Assembly: GCF_001194135.2 (NCBI RefSeq)
Contig: NC_068990.1
Span: 70,972,202-71,036,201, forward strand
Source: Octopus bimaculoides
Taxonomy: Eukaryota
DNA: 64,000 bases
Reading direction: 5' to 3'
Position numbers and translations under genes: made by a program. Below, piece after piece: positions 23,020 through 35,143 of this stretch (its first letter is position 1; each line of letters opens with the position of its first letter). The notes below the pieces were generated by a model. The model saw nothing but the letters and a program-made list of their open reading frames with translations, was not told where the DNA came from and did no database searches.

Positions 23020-24485
23020 ATGTCATGAAATATTGGTAGCATACAACATGATTGTAGAGATTGACATGTCTGTAGAAGTTTTAGTTAGTTCTTTGTGTTG
23101 TAGGATCAATTCCTGGTTTCCATTTTATCTTCCATTCTTTGGAGGGTGGTTAAAAAAAATCAGAAATATTTTTGGTATGTAAAATAATCCATGTAGAATG
23201 CACACAACATAGAACTACTGGTTGTTACAAATGAAAATCTCAAAGATTATCAGAAAGAATTACATGACATCCCTAAATTCAGTGGAATCAGTCATACTAC
23301 ATAAATTTATAGAGGGTTAATTTCTTAATTTTCAAGAATACAGACAAATGTGCATCGTCTTAATTTTCCAAAAAAATGTCAGTGAAAGACAAAAGTAAGC
23401 ACTTTTATAAATTAGTAGACCTCATGTATTGTGGAAATCTTAATGCATACAAATAACATAATCACGCAACATTGTCAAGAATTGGTTTGGAACTAATTGT
23501 TAATTAGTTAATTATATTATCAATATATCAAAAGAATTTATGAATCTAGAAATTGTAAATTGAATTTCTTGGGATATATGTCGTCCTCTTATTTCCCACA
23601 CAGTATTTGTTTTCATTTAAACAATGCCATTGTTGCAATAAAAAAAAATAGATAACATTATTTAAATTAAAACATGAAAATGTAATAATAAACAGAAAAT
23701 TAAAATCTGAAACATGAACCAGATAATAAAATTGGTTTTTAACTTCGGCACAAGTCATAATTTTGTCAAGAAGAGAAGGATGGAGTTGAATGAATTAATC
23801 CTGATACATAAATAGTTCTTACTTCATTGAGCCTCAAAAGACCAAAATTCATAGTCACTCACCATATAATATAAAACCAGAAGATTGATGCTAGGGTTAA
23901 ACATCACAAAGCATTTACTCTGACTATATTTAGGGTACTCCAAAACTCTCATCTATCCTAACCATCTGTTGAGGAATATGATAACACAATGAATGTCATA
24001 ATGGTAATAGTGGTGAGGATGGGAGTAATGTGATGGTGGTGGTGATCACACTGTAATAACACTTGTAGTTTTCATGGAGAATGGAGTAGTAGGAGGAACT
24101 AAAAGAAAAATCAAAATATATATAAAAAATAACAACAGGAAGACTACATGAAGTCATATGTCTGTAAAACTTGAGACCATCTTGGCTAATACACCTTAGC
24201 AGTATATCTCTAAATTCCAGCTCTCTTAACAAGTACAAAGAAATAATAGCAATGAAGGATTGGTTTGGTCTTTTAAGATTTATTTACTTCTGGATCAATG
24301 TTCTCAGAGTCTTAGTAATTTTGTTTATCTCATTGTACAAACTTCCCAAAAAGGTTATTGGATCTGTCTGTCTTTCTGCCTCTCTCTTTGTCTCTGTCTT
24401 TCTCTGTCTGTCTGTCTGTCTCTCTCTCTCTGCTTATAACTTTTAACAAAATTAAAACAAAAAAGAACGTATTTTTGTTACACTT

Positions 24486-24670
24486 CTCTGGAAAACAGGG
24501 AACCAGCACGGTTACTGCTAGAAACAACAGCTAAATCATTTTCAAATTACCTTCTTCTTTTAAAAAACAAAGAATGCATTGGACGATGCTGACCCTGATA
24601 GACCATAAAATGAGAATGCTTTTGGGCATAGTTCTGCTTAACCAGGGTCAACTTGGAGTAAAACAACAAC
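24486..24670 (+). mobile_element. Unclassified interspersed repeat ending in (AAC)n
   Basis: Ends gtcaacttggagtaaaacaacaac, resembling a retroposon tail; family not recognised. Confidence 0.3.
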
Positions 24671-25034
24671 AGTGACAACAGCAATGAGAACAACAACAAA
24701 AACAACAGTAGCAACTATAGAATTGTTTTGCTACTCTCATCTACTTATGGAACACCTAATTACTAGATCAAATAACTATATGAAGTGATCCCCTCCTGGA
24801 AGCTTATTCCCATCTATCTTCCCCATCGTCAGCATAACAAAAGCTATATCAGGAAGATTTTGTCATGTTTTCCACACAAAACTTTGCTATGAAATTTACT
24901 CAAATATTTCACAACCTTTTTGTAATAGATAATATGTATAATTTGTTTTATTACAAACTCAAGTCATCATAGCTAACTTTTTCTCTCTTTCTCTCTCTCT
25001 CATCTTTCCTTTGCTCCATCTCTCTCTCTTTCTC

Positions 25035-25067
<33 letters not shown>

Positions 25068-25747
25068 GTAGCTAGCTACCAAGCTGTTACCTTTCTAATA
25101 TACTTCCCAAAACTTCTTACCCATACTCTCTTTCCCAACCCACCCCCACTCAATCTGTCTCACTCTGAGATTCAAATTCCTATATTCAATGAATCAGTTA
25201 AATAAATCCTCCATCATCTCTTCTAGAAATGTATTTTACATTTACTTGCCATTTTTCACTGCCATGGCTTATTTTGTTGCAAAGAAATGCTAAAGATCAA
25301 AGAAACTTTGATAATGGCATTGGTGAAGATTATGCTATTAAGAAGAATCACAATGAAAACACAAGGGAGTCCCTTTGTGGTCGATTATGATGCTGGAAAT
25401 AGCAGCAAAATCCCCCTCCAACACAACCTGCATACACCACACACACACATACATTCACACATATTTCAGAGTTGTATTTGTCTAGCAAGTGACTTGACTG
25501 GAGATTGTATGTTAAAACTGGACCAACTATATCTTGGATGAACCATTTAAATAACACAGAAAGCTATTAAATTCATTTTTAAATTCAAATTATTTTATCA
25601 AGAGTCAAAATTTTTGTTACATAACAACAACTTGATCAATGGCACACACAGTTCCACTGCAACTCCGAAAATTAATGAAATTTGTTTTTTATTCCATACT
25701 TTTATTTTATTCCTTCTTACAATCTCATTTGTTGACTCCTATCCTAG

Positions 25748-25798
25748 AAAATTTTTCCTTCTCATGGAAGGAATACCAAAATTAATTAGAGCAATGTG
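25748..25798 (+). other. Candidate 51-nt coding exon (KFFLLMEGIPKLIRAM)
   Basis: Long pyrimidine tract ending ctatcctAG; donor atgtg|GTAAGT; open in phase 2-2. Confidence 0.3.
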
Positions 25799-25862
25799 GT
25801 AAGTAAATAAATCAATAAAAAGGAGTAACAAGTAAGACTGTATTTTAATATTTATTACTTAC

Positions 25863-26033
25863 TCATTAATAGATCAATAGATACTAAGCCAACTTTTTCT
25901 CTGTCCTCCACACTGTGTAGAGTGACTGATTGCTTTAAGCAGAATATCACTGCTGCCATTGTACATGTACATAGCATTATTATTGGGACATCTGAGGTAT
26001 AAACTGCATAACACATGCAGCAACATGTGGGAA
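25863..26033 (-). other. Candidate 171-nt coding exon (PTCCCMCYAVYTSDVPIIMLCTCTMAAVIFCLKQSVTLHSVEDREKVGLVSIDLLM)
   Basis: Acceptor ttcctttctcactttaaacAG, donor GTAAGT, length divisible by 3, one frame fully open (phase 1-1), hydrophobic stretch. Confidence 0.35.
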
Positions 26034-26079
26034 CTGTTTAAAGTGAGAAAGGAAGCTGATAATGGCAATAGTGATGATG

Positions 26080-26300
26080 ATGCTAACAATACCAATGCCA
26101 ACAAGGATGATGGTGGTGGTGGTGGTGGTAGTGGCAGTGGTGACAACAAGGCAATGTTGGTGGTGGTAGCAGCAGTGATGATGATGATGATGATGATGAT
26201 GACGATGATGATGATGATGACAATGGAGGTTGTGGTGATTGTGGTGGTGGTGGTAGTGATGATGATGACAATGGCCATGATGATGATAAGGATGATGATA
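26080..26300. repeat. Compound (GAT)n/(GGT)n microsatellite
   Basis: Directly visible; explains the poly-M/G/H ORFs here. Confidence 0.9.
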
Positions 26301-26579
26301 GTTAATAAATACACTTTGCATTTCCATGGTTCCATGTTCAAGCATACTGCACAGCACCTTGGTCAAATGTCTTTTCTTATAGCCTCAGTCAACTGCTTTT
26401 TAGAGAAACTTGGTAGATAAAAACTAAGTGTGTGTACATTTGTATGTATGCATGTAAGTATATATATATATGTCCTCACATTGTTGTTTTTTGTCTTTTT
26501 CCTTTTTTGAACCTATATATATATATATATACACATATATATGTGTGTATATATATATGTATGTGTGTGCGTATATATA

Positions 26580-26895
26580 TTCTTTCATTTGTTTCAGTCA
26601 TTTGACTGCAGTCACCACCTTTAGTCGAACAAGTCGACTCCAGGACTTATTCTTCGTGAGCCTAGTACTTATTCTATCGGTCTCTTTTGCCAAACCACTA
26701 CTTACAGGGATGTAAAAGCACTAACATTGGTTGTCAAGCGATCGATGGTGGGGTGGGGGTGGGGGTACAAACACAGGCACACAAACATATACATATACAC
26801 ATATATATAAATACGACGGGCTACTTTCAGTTTCTGTCTACCAAATCCACTTACAAGGCTTTGGTCAGCCCGAGGCTATAGTAGAGGACAACTTT
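26580..26895 (-). mobile_element. CORE-type SINE family A, head-truncated
   Basis: Reverse complement of tail, internal microsatellite and part of CORE. Confidence 0.85.
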
Positions 26896-27042
26896 CAAGA
26901 CTTGATGAGAATAGTGGGTAACACTTAGAAAATTTCTTGAAAGATGTAGAACAGAGAGATAGAGAATTTGCGACTGGTCAGCTAAAGAACCAGTGTAAGA
27001 AAGGAAGAGATAAAAGAAGAAAAAGAGAAACTGGCCGCTGAT

Positions 27043-27103
<61 letters not shown>

Positions 27104-27164
27104 NNNNNNNNNNNNNNNNNNNNNNNNNNNNNNNNNNNNNNNNGTGTGTGTATATATATAAATA

Positions 27165-28860
27165 TATATATATTTCTCACCACTTCATCCCATGTCTTCC
27201 GGAGTCTACCACTTCCAAAAATTCCCTCCACAATTAGAGCTGTCTTCATCCATATGCATCACATGACCAAACCAGTGCAGTCTTCTCTCTTGCATACATC
27301 TGATGGCTCTTGTACACTATTTTCCTCTTAAATCATTTACATTTTGTCATGCATACACACAGACATTACCCATCCAGCTTCATTACCCATACTAGCTTCA
27401 TTTCTTTCAAGCCCTCACAAGTCCTCTGTAGTCAAAGCCCATAGCTGTGCATACAGAGGCATCATGCAATTTGCCTTTCACTCTGAAGGAGAAGCCCTTA
27501 TTTACCAACAAAGTTAGAACGAACCTCTCTAAACTTTGCCCAGCCTGTTCTTATTCTAGCAACTACACTTTCAGAACTACCTCTTCCACTGCTAACTTGG
27601 TCACCTAGGTAACAGAGGCTTTCTACTACTTCTGATGATAACCCTAAGCATTTGAGGGAGTCTATTGTCTGCACATTATTTGTGCTTATTGTACCCACAC
27701 ATCTGCCACACACAAAGACTATTTTCTCTATTAACCTTCCTGTGATACTGCTCCACCTCTTGTGTATCCAAAGCTAGCACTGGGTACAAAGTAAGGAGTT
27801 TTTACCAACACCCTTCTTACATATCAAGCAGCACCTTCTCTCTGAAGGGACTTGTGATTTGTCTGTTTTCCTACTTACTAGGGCTTTTATTTTTGCTAAA
27901 TTAACTCTGACACTCTTTGATTCCAGACCTTGTTTCCATGCCTGAAATTTCTTCTCTAGGTCAGGTAGTGATTTGCCTGTAAGAACAAAGTTATCAGCAT
28001 AGAGAAGCTTCCAGGAGCAGCCAGTCTTGAATTGCTCTATTAAGGCCTGGAGAACTAAAATAAATAAGAGGGAGCCGAGAACTGAACCTTGGTGAACTCC
28101 TACCTGTACACTGAATTCATTGCAATACTCGTTGCCAACCATCACTTTACTGGTAGCATCCTTGTACATGACTTGTACAACCCTCACCAACCACTTATCT
28201 ATCCCTAGCTTCTGCACTGACCACCAGTTAAGGAGTGGGGGACCCTGTGAAAGGCTTTCTCCATGTCAACAAAAGCCAAGTACAGTTTTATTTTGTCTAA
28301 ATACTTCTCCTGCAGTTGCCTAACCATGAATATAACATCAGTTGTGCTTCTACCTGGCACAAACCCAAACTGCATCTCATCTACACTTAACTCTCTTCCT
28401 AATTAATTGAGATATGACCCTTTCTGTAACTTTCATCACTTAGTCCAGCAATTTGATGCCTCTGTAGTTATTTCTGTCTCAGCATCACCTTTGCCTTAGT
28501 AGCAGCTGATTATAATGCTGCTACACTCATCGTTGGGTATGACTCACTCATTGACAACCTGATTAGCTATACAGGTGACTAGGCCATATCCCACTCCACC
28601 AGATATTTTAAGTATCTCAGCAGTGAAAATTAATGGGCCACAGGCTTTCCCTACCTTCATATCCTTAATTGATTTATCTACCAAGCTACTGTCAATTTGG
28701 ATAGCTGGTCCCTCAGGTGGGTCTACATTTGGCAGACTCTCCTTCTCTGCATTTTCTACATTGCTCCCCAATCCTGTCCTCACTGACCTGCTTACTGTTT
28801 CATTGCTGTACAGTTGTCCCCCAACCTTTTCTAGACACCCACATTTCAACCGGTCACTGT
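27165..28860 (-). mobile_element. RTE LINE ORF2 fragment (RT to C-terminus), decayed
   Basis: EGPAIQID, VGVHQGSVL, LLYADN, CTQC finger, RTGWAKFRE; many frameshifts. Confidence 0.9.
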
Positions 28861-29249
28861 ATTCCCCACCTCCACACTCTTTGCACTCATGTGAAGTCCC
28901 TACTCCCTATTCATGCACTATTGGCAATACTCTATCATCCCATTTATATTATAATCCTCATACCTTGAGGGTATGCCCTGGCACTTCACCACTATCTATC
29001 TCTACCATCCCATTTCTATTCTGACCCTCACCTTGACAGTGAAACCTGGTGCCATCTTCTGGCTTGCCTGTCACTGTCAAACAGTCCGACCTATGTCAGC
29101 ATGGAAATGGATGTTAAATGATGATGAGGAGGAGGAATTCCAAGCTGTGTCTTCTTGCACATTAATAAATTTGTTTATATCCATTTGAATTTGAAGATGC
29201 ATATAATTTTGTATACATCCCCATTATATGTAATTGTGTGTGTGTAAAA

Positions 29250-31443
29250 TTGTGAGAATGTGTATGAAGAAAATGAATGGGAGAAAGAGAGTCTGCAGGA
29301 CCAGCTATCCTAATTGACAGTACTTTGGTAGATAAAGCAATTAAGAGTATGAAGACAGGGAAAGCCCCCGGCCCATCAGGAATCATCACAAAGATGCTTA
29401 AAATATCTGGCAGTCTCAGCTATAGTCTAGTCACCCATATAGTCAGTCAGGTGATACATAAAGGAGTCGTACACAATGACTGGTGTAGCAGCACCATACT
29501 CAACTGCTTCAAAGGGTAAAGGTGATGCATTAGATACGAATAATTACAGAGGTATCAAGTTGTTGGATCAGGTAATGAAAGTAACAGAGAGGGTCATAGC
29601 CCAACTAATTAGGGTGAGAGTTAGTCTAGATGAGATGCAGTTTGGGTTTGTGCCAGAGAAAAGCACCACCGATGCTATATTTCTGGTAAGACAGCTGCAG
29701 GAGAAATACCTAGCCAAAGATAAACCTCTGTACTTAGCTTTCATTGACATGGAGAAATCCTTTGACAGGGTCTCCCGATCCTTTATCTGGTGGTCAATGT
29801 GGAAACTAGGGATAAATGAATGGTTAGTGAGAGCTATACAAGCCATGTACAGGGATGCTGTCAGTAAGGTGAGGGTTGGCAACGAGTACAGTGAAGAATT
29901 TCAGGTATGGGTAGGGGTCCACTAAGGATCAGTCCTCGGCTCCCTCTTATTCATCATAGTCCTCCAGGCAATAACAGAGGAATTCAAGACAGGTTTACTC
30001 TGGGAGCTCCTCTATGCTGATGACCTTGCTCTAATAGCTGAGTCACAATCAGAACTAGAGAAGAAGTCTCAGGTATGGAAGCAAGCTCTAAAATTGAAGG
30101 GCCTTAAAGTCAATCTAGTAAAAACCAAAGTCTTAATAAGTAGGAAGTCAGACAAACCACAAATCCCTTCAGGTAAATGGCCCTGCTCAATCTGTAAAAA
30201 AGGTGTTGGTAAAAACTCCATAAGATGTACCCAGTGTAAGCTATGGACACATAAGAGGTGCAGCAATATCAAAGGAAGGATAACTGGGAAAATAGGTTTT
30301 GTGTGTGGCAAATGCTCAGGAGCAATAATCAATGAAAATGTGCAGAAAACAGCTTCTGTCACATTCTAGGGGAAAAAAATACAAGTAGTTGATAGCTTCC
30401 ATTACCTAGGTTACCAAGTCAGTAGCGGGGGTGGATGCTCTGAAAGTGTAGCTGCTAGAATATGAATAGCCTGGGCAAAGTTCAGAGAGTTCCTACCTCT
30501 GCTGATGACAAAGAGCCTCTTGCTCAGAGTAAAAGGTAGACTGTATGACGCATGTGTACGAACAGCTATGCTACATGTCAGTGAAGCATGGGTCATGACT
30601 GCTGAGGACATGCATAAGCTTGCAAGGAATGAAGCCAGTATGCTCCGCTGGATGTGTAATCTCAGGGTGCGGACACGGCAGAGTGTAAGCGCCTTGAGAG
30701 AAAAGTTAGACTTAAGGAGCATCAGATGTGGTGTGCAAGAGAGACGACTGCACTGGTATGGTCATGTGGCAAGAATGGATAAGGATAGCTGTGTGAAAAA
30801 GTGTCACACCCGAGTAGTAGAGGGAATCTCTGGAGGAGGTAGATCCAGGAAAACCTGGGATGAGGTGGTGAAGCACGACCTTTGAACATTGGGCCTCACC
30901 GAGGCAATGACAAGCGAATGAGATCTTTGGAGATATGCTGTGCTTGAGAAGACCAAGCAAGCCAAGTGAGACCGTAACAGTGGCCTGTGCCAGTGCAGCA
31001 TAACCAGCCCATTTAAGAGTACCCTTCAATCATTGGGCAATAAACTGCACTTGTGAAAACCTGTTGAGGCAGTTGAAATTGTTGTCATGGCCAATGATAG
31101 TACCACCTGATTGGCACTTGTGCCAGTGGCACGTTAAAAGCACCATTTGAACATGATCTTTGCCAGTGCTGCCTGATTGGCTCCCATGCTGGTGGCATGT
31201 AAAAAGCACCATTCAAGCATGGTTGATGCCAGTACCACCTGACTGGCCCTTGTGCTAGTGGAACATAAAAAGCACCCACTACACTCATGGAGTGGTTGGC
31301 GTTAGGAAGGGCATCCAGCTGTAGAAACTTTGTCAGATCAGATTGGAGCCTGGTACAACCTCCTGGCTTGCCAGCCCTCAGTCAAACCATCCAACCCATG
31401 CCAGCATAGAAAGTGGACATTAAACGACAATGAAGATGATGAT
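29250..31443 (+). mobile_element. 5'-truncated RTE LINE (RT domain, Cys-rich finger, 3' UTR, (GAT)n tail)
   Basis: KAPGPSG, NYRGIKLL, QFGF..STTDAIF, YADD at 30013-30024, RLHWYGHVARM, tail to 31443; scattered stops. Confidence 0.95.
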
Positions 31444-31447
31444 AAAC

Positions 31448-31914
31448 ATATACTTCACTAAAGTAACAAAGGACACTAATCAGCTCCAGTATTGCTAGAA
31501 ATAAGAGTCAAAACAACTTAACAGCCACAGAAAGCACTATTTTAATGACTGACATGAAGGCAAGCACCCTACAGCAGCCAATATAGCCAGATCATCGATG
31601 ATTTCGCATTTTGATGCTTAAGCATCTTAATGTTCATCAGTGGTTCTTACTGTGCCTAGGGTTAAACTCAGCTTGCCTTGTAAGTTTATAAGATTTCTGT
31701 TGAAATCATATACTGATTTCATAAGCAGTGAAAGTGAAAACTATAAATAATATGTGTGTCTAATTTCCAATTTTCCAACCTATAGGCAGAAATACATACA
31801 TCACTAAAGCAGTATTGCTAGAAATAAGAGTCAAAACAACTCAACAGCCACAGAAATCACTATCTTAATGACTGACAAGGGAGGCAAACTCCCCTGCAGC
31901 AACAGATATAGCCA
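31448..31914 (-). mobile_element. Retrozyme-like tandem: 1.4 copies of a 325-nt unit carrying a hammerhead ribozyme
   Basis: Direct repeats 31448-31590 and 31795-31915; hammerhead core once per unit; homology of the outer copy stops at the predicted cleavage site. Confidence 0.65.
31585..31645 (-). ncRNA. Type-I hammerhead ribozyme
   Basis: AACCA CUGAUGA ACAUUAAGAUGCUUAAGCAUCAAAAUGC GAAA UCAUCGAUGA U C UGGCU: full core, three stems, AUC cleavage triplet; one mismatch in stem I and one at the base of stem II. Confidence 0.75.
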
Positions 31915-32432
31915 GCAAATTAGCCACCCATAGATCAGAAATTTTGAAAATTAAAGGTGTCTATTTACTTCCTGCATGTCTGTGTATACACACACACACA
32001 AATGTTTATGTATATATGTATGTACATATACATATGTATGCATGTATACAATACTTGGTATACTTGTAAGCAGACATAATAAGATGATGATGATGATGGG
32101 GATGCAGTACATGAAACTTCCTTCCCACACACACAAACATACACACATTCATATGCATGCTCACCTACACATGTAATAAAATTGTGTATTCAGGTCAAGG
32201 AAATAAAGTCTAACAACAATTAATGACAAGAATTCGTCTGTAAAAGTAATTACCCCACCTCCCCCTACAAGAATGGAGAGTTACTTATAAAAAAACTGGT
32301 GATATTGTCTCATCAAGTATTTTCCTCATTCTCAATAGTACTTGACAGGATAAAATGAAGTTAACCAGTAAATTTACTTTACTCTTAAATCTCTGGACTA
32401 CTACTACTACTACTACTACTACTACATCACAT

Positions 32433-33256
32433 AATTAAGATAAACAAAGTTATTTTTCAATCTAAAATATACTCTCCTTCATTTTCTACAATGCTCGTCT
32501 AGTAGACTTGCAAGGCTCCTCTTCCAAAATTCACTTGTCCGTGACAAAAAATACTCCTCCAGTACTGTTCTAACCTTGTGTACAGAGTTCATACTTTTTC
32601 CGTCCAAATGATTTTGAAGACTGTAGAATAAATGATAATCAGATGTAGTAATATCCAGCGAATATGGTGGGTGGGGCATTCAAACTGCTCCAGCCTTTGG
32701 AATGTCATCCTCACTGTATGTGGCCAAGCATTATTCTGATGGAAAAACACCTTTCATCTTGAAACCAAAGGTGGTTGTTTTTCTTCTAGCGCTGACTTAA
32801 ATGACTGGTTGAATGACCAAATCCAAGCTTTTCTGCTAGCTACTCAACAGTTACAATGGAATTTTGTTCCACCAGGATTTGCAGGATGAGCTCTACAGAT
32901 CTTCCAGGACATGGCTCATCTTCTTGGCTGTAGTTTCTGGCTCAGAATTTCTGGAACCACCATTGACACTGGCTTACACTTATTGTCCAGTCCCCATATA
33001 CTGCATTAATATTCCTCACACTTTCCATTGCATTGTTGCCTTTATTGAACTCATAAAGCAAAATATGCTGAATATGTTCCTTTGTCACTTCCATTATTAA
33101 TTTGAAAAAATAAGTGTTAAAATCGAACTGCACTCTTCCAAATATGCACTAAGAATAGGCACTTTATAAACAAGTTGATGCAGGTTAGTTATCCTGTCCC
33201 CCTCCAACTTTTATTTTATGCAATTGAAAAAACACATTATTTATGGGATGACCCAA
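32433..33256 (-). mobile_element. Internally deleted mariner
   Basis: 5' TIR ttgggtcatcccataaataatg with TA at 33257-33258; MEVTKEHIQHILLYEF..; C-terminal MPHPPYSLDITTSDYHLF; catalytic middle missing. Confidence 0.85.
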
Positions 33257-33327
33257 TATATATCTATTCTTCAATATTCATCATCTGAAAAGCTTCAGTC
33301 TTTGCTTTCTTTCTGTTTACATGTATA

Positions 33328-34265
33328 CATAGATGGTATCAAAAAGTTCCCAGGCTAGTTATGCTTAATAAAAAGTAACTTATTTACGTGAGTTTTAACA
33401 TCATCTCCTTCAAAATAGTCACCTTGCATAGCAATACACCAGTCCTAGCATTACTGGCACTTTTGGAATCTAGGCAGTAAGCCATTTTACGTAAGTGGGT
33501 CAAGGACGTTCTGTGATTTGCTCTGGATCTCAACAGTGGTGTTAAAATGGTGACCTTTGTGCTACCTTTTCATCTTGGGGAAGAGATGGTAGTCCACAGG
33601 TGCAAAATCTGGTGAATAGGGCCGGCATTGAAGTTATCTTGTTTTTGGTGAGAAACTCATGTTTTTGGCAAGAAACTCATGTTTTTGGCAAGAAACTCAT
33701 GTTTTTGGCGAGAAACTCATGTTTTTGGCAAGAAACTCATGAGTGAGGAGAGCTCAGTGAGAGGGTGTATTGTCATCATGAAGAATCCAATTCTTCGTGT
33801 TCCACGGATCCAGTCACTTTTGTTGAATGTCCTCCCTCAAATGCTTCAAAACATAGCAGTACAACACTTGATTGATGGCCTGGCCCTGGGGGATGAATTC
33901 TTGATGTGCAATACTGTGGATGTCGAAAACACGATGAACATGCTCTTGATTGAGCTGCAGCTCTGTCGTGCCTTCTTCAGTCATGGAGATGAAAGTTTTT
34001 TCCATTGTGATGACTGATGCTTCATCTCAGATTCGTACCCATAGACCCAACTCTTGTCACTGGTGATGATCCTCAACATGAAGGATGGGTCATCAGCAGC
34101 ATGCTGATGGGGGTCTTGACAGATTTTGATGCAATGTTCTTCTTGCTCAGTGGTCAGAGACACACTGCATGTTCAATTCACATGTCAGGATTGCCTGCAC
34201 AAAACAATGTGACAGACCAACAACATCAGCAATATCATTGGTTTTCCTCCAAGAATCCTCATGCA
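33328..34265 (-). mobile_element. Mariner (second family), 5'-truncated
   Basis: IITSDKSWVYGYE, QEFIPQGQAINQVLY..VLKHLRE, and a C-terminal region ending at a TIR-like end near 33328. Confidence 0.85.
33641..33740. repeat. 5 x 20-bp tandem repeat inside mariner
   Basis: gtttttgg(ca/cg/tg)agaaactcat x5. Confidence 0.95.
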
Positions 34266-34289
34266 TAAGGTGATGAATACATACTTATA

Positions 34290-34800
34290 TCATCATCATC
34301 ATCATTGTTTAACGCCTGTTTCCTATGCCGGCATGGGTTGGACAGTTTGACTGGGGGCAGGCTCCAATCTGATCTGGCAAGGTTTCTACAGCTGGACACC
34401 CTTCCTAACACCAACCACTCCAAGAGTGTAATGGGTGCTTTTTATGTGCCACAGGCACAGAAGCCAGTCAGGCGGTACTGGCATTGGCCACAACTACAAT
34501 TTTCATTCTGATTTCGATTTGATTGAGATTCTGATTGTGATTTTAATTTTACTTGATTCAATAGGTCTCCTCAAGCACAGCATGTTGCCCGACAATTCAA
34601 AGGTACTTTTTAAATGAGCTGGTTATGCAACATTGGTGTAGGCTACAGCTCTGATCTTGCCTTACTTGCTGAGTGTTCTCAATCACAGTATATCTCGAGA
34701 GATCTTGGTCCCTTATCATTACCTCTGTGAGGCCCGACGTTCAAATGTTATACTTTACCACCTCATCCCATGTCTTCCTGGATCTCCCTCTTCCATGGGT
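34290..34800 (-). mobile_element. RTE LINE 3' end
   Basis: (cat)n tail, UTR and ORF2 end (RKTWDEVV). Confidence 0.85.
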
Positions 34801-34804
34801 CATG

Positions 34805-34854
<50 letters not shown>

Positions 34855-35093
34855 CATATGTATGTATATATACATACATATATATATATATATATATGTG
34901 TGTTTGTGTGTGCATATTCATACATATATATACATACATACTTATATATATATGCACACATATATATACATACATACATATATATGCACACATATATATA
35001 CATACATACATATGCACACATATATATACATACATACATATATATGCACACATATATATACATACATACATATATATGCACACATATATATAC

Positions 35094-35143
<50 letters not shown>

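Noticed and set aside
23864-23965. Minus-strand segment with good acceptor and GTGAGT donor
   Set aside because: Stops in all three frames
25748-25798. Resemblance of the peptide to an armadillo-repeat segment of HSPBP1
   Set aside because: Only a few residues over 16 aa; not enough to name a gene
25863-26033. Resemblance to M1-M2 of Cys-loop receptors (EKVxL..LL)
   Set aside because: Loop about 8 residues too long and M1 spacing wrong; no identification made
25874-26420. 128-155 aa ORFs on both strands
   Set aside because: Mostly translation of the (GAT/GGT)n microsatellite
33641-33740. CRISPR-like short repeat array
   Set aside because: Head-to-tail repeats with no spacers, inside a eukaryotic transposon
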